Position numbers and translations under genes: made by a program. DNA of 64,000 nucleotides from positions 27,562,912 through 27,626,911 of the forward strand of contig NC_092675.1 in assembly GCF_964355755.1 (NCBI RefSeq), written 5' to 3'. Origin of the DNA: Antedon mediterranea (taxonomy: Eukaryota; Animalia; Echinodermata). This document shows positions 63,148 to 64,000 of the stretch, in pieces (position 1 is the stretch's first letter; each line of letters opens with the position of its first letter). Below the pieces are notes generated by a model. That model was not told where the DNA came from. It ran no database searches and saw only the letters and a program-made list of their open reading frames with translations.

Positions 63148-64000
63148 ACAAATTATTGTTATCACTGTTGTATGTTCACTTGTAAGAAATCAAGTTTCCA
63201 TCAAGAAAGAGACTTTTTTCTTTCATTGCATTGTTGTGTCAATCAGTAACTTTGGTCTTAGCAAATGACAAAGTCTAAAGAAGCAAATTTAATGTGTTCT
63301 TGAAGTTGGTACAGTATATGGTACTAAAGAAACGAGGGTACAAGTAAATGACTGTTTTGTCTATCTAGAATAAACAAGAAATATTTCTTACAAAAAACGC
63401 TGCTCGACATTTAAAAATTAATCATTGTTCTTTCTTCATATTAAATGATTAATTATTAAAAAGATGTCCTCTAATCGCAAAAATACATACAAATCAAAGA
63501 TAACATATTATTAGATATGTGTAAAAAAAGATGTATGATGTCAGAACGAGGAAAATGAGTACTGTACACAATACAGATATCACGTTTTAATTTAAGTTTG
63601 TCGTAATCTGCAATGCTGATCTAAAAATAACCCATTACAATATGCGAGAATCTAAATAAAATATAGCGAGTTCACCTTATCACAATTGAAATGAGGTCAA
63701 CGACTACCTCTGACCGATCGACCAATAAGACAATAGAACGCCAACACAAAAGCGTTAACACAATCCCCTACATAATAATGGACAATTCCAGAGAAAGGAC
63801 TTCCCTTTTGAATATTAATAAGGGATTCCCCTTACATACCAACATGGCGTAAATCCAACGACAACGTTACTATTCTAAAAAGACGCTAAACTTTGGCTGT
63901 GTGATTTGGGAAGTTTTTAAAATAATATTTCATATAATAAACAATAACAATATAATGTTTTATTTTGTTCATTCACAGTTTTTAGCCTATTGTATATTTA

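Noticed and set aside
60400-64000. TET CXXC-domain or first exon
   Set aside because: No CxxCxxC-encoding exon with splice sites was found by eye; the region looks intronic with repeats.

Overview
AT-rich, intron-containing eukaryotic (metazoan) DNA. Gene content (tandem-DED NLR, TET, LRMDA, BCAP/BANK-like, 5-exon H2A.Z) suggests an invertebrate deuterostome such as an echinoderm; that taxon call is inference. Hand-splicing gives eight protein-coding genes. In order: SLC15A4-like peptide transporter (-, last exon probably off the left edge); a membrane-anchored DegT/DnrJ/EryC1/StrS-family PLP-fold protein that appears to lack the Schiff-base lysine (+); a DED-DED-NACHT-LRR NLR (+); a derived BCAP/BANK1/Dof-like DBB-ankyrin protein with a possible TRADD-N-like domain (+); histone H2A.Z (-); DDIT4/REDD1-like (-); LRMDA/C10orf11 (-, absent from the ORF track, with a U12-type AT-AC intron); and TET dioxygenase (-, 5' end off the right edge). 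The left 21 kb looks like a candidate innate-immune cluster. The right part preserves linkage also seen on human 4q23-24 and 10q. Mobile DNA includes two copies of a Helentron/DINE-like element, several MITE families, tRNA-derived SINEs and a CR1 LINE fragment.
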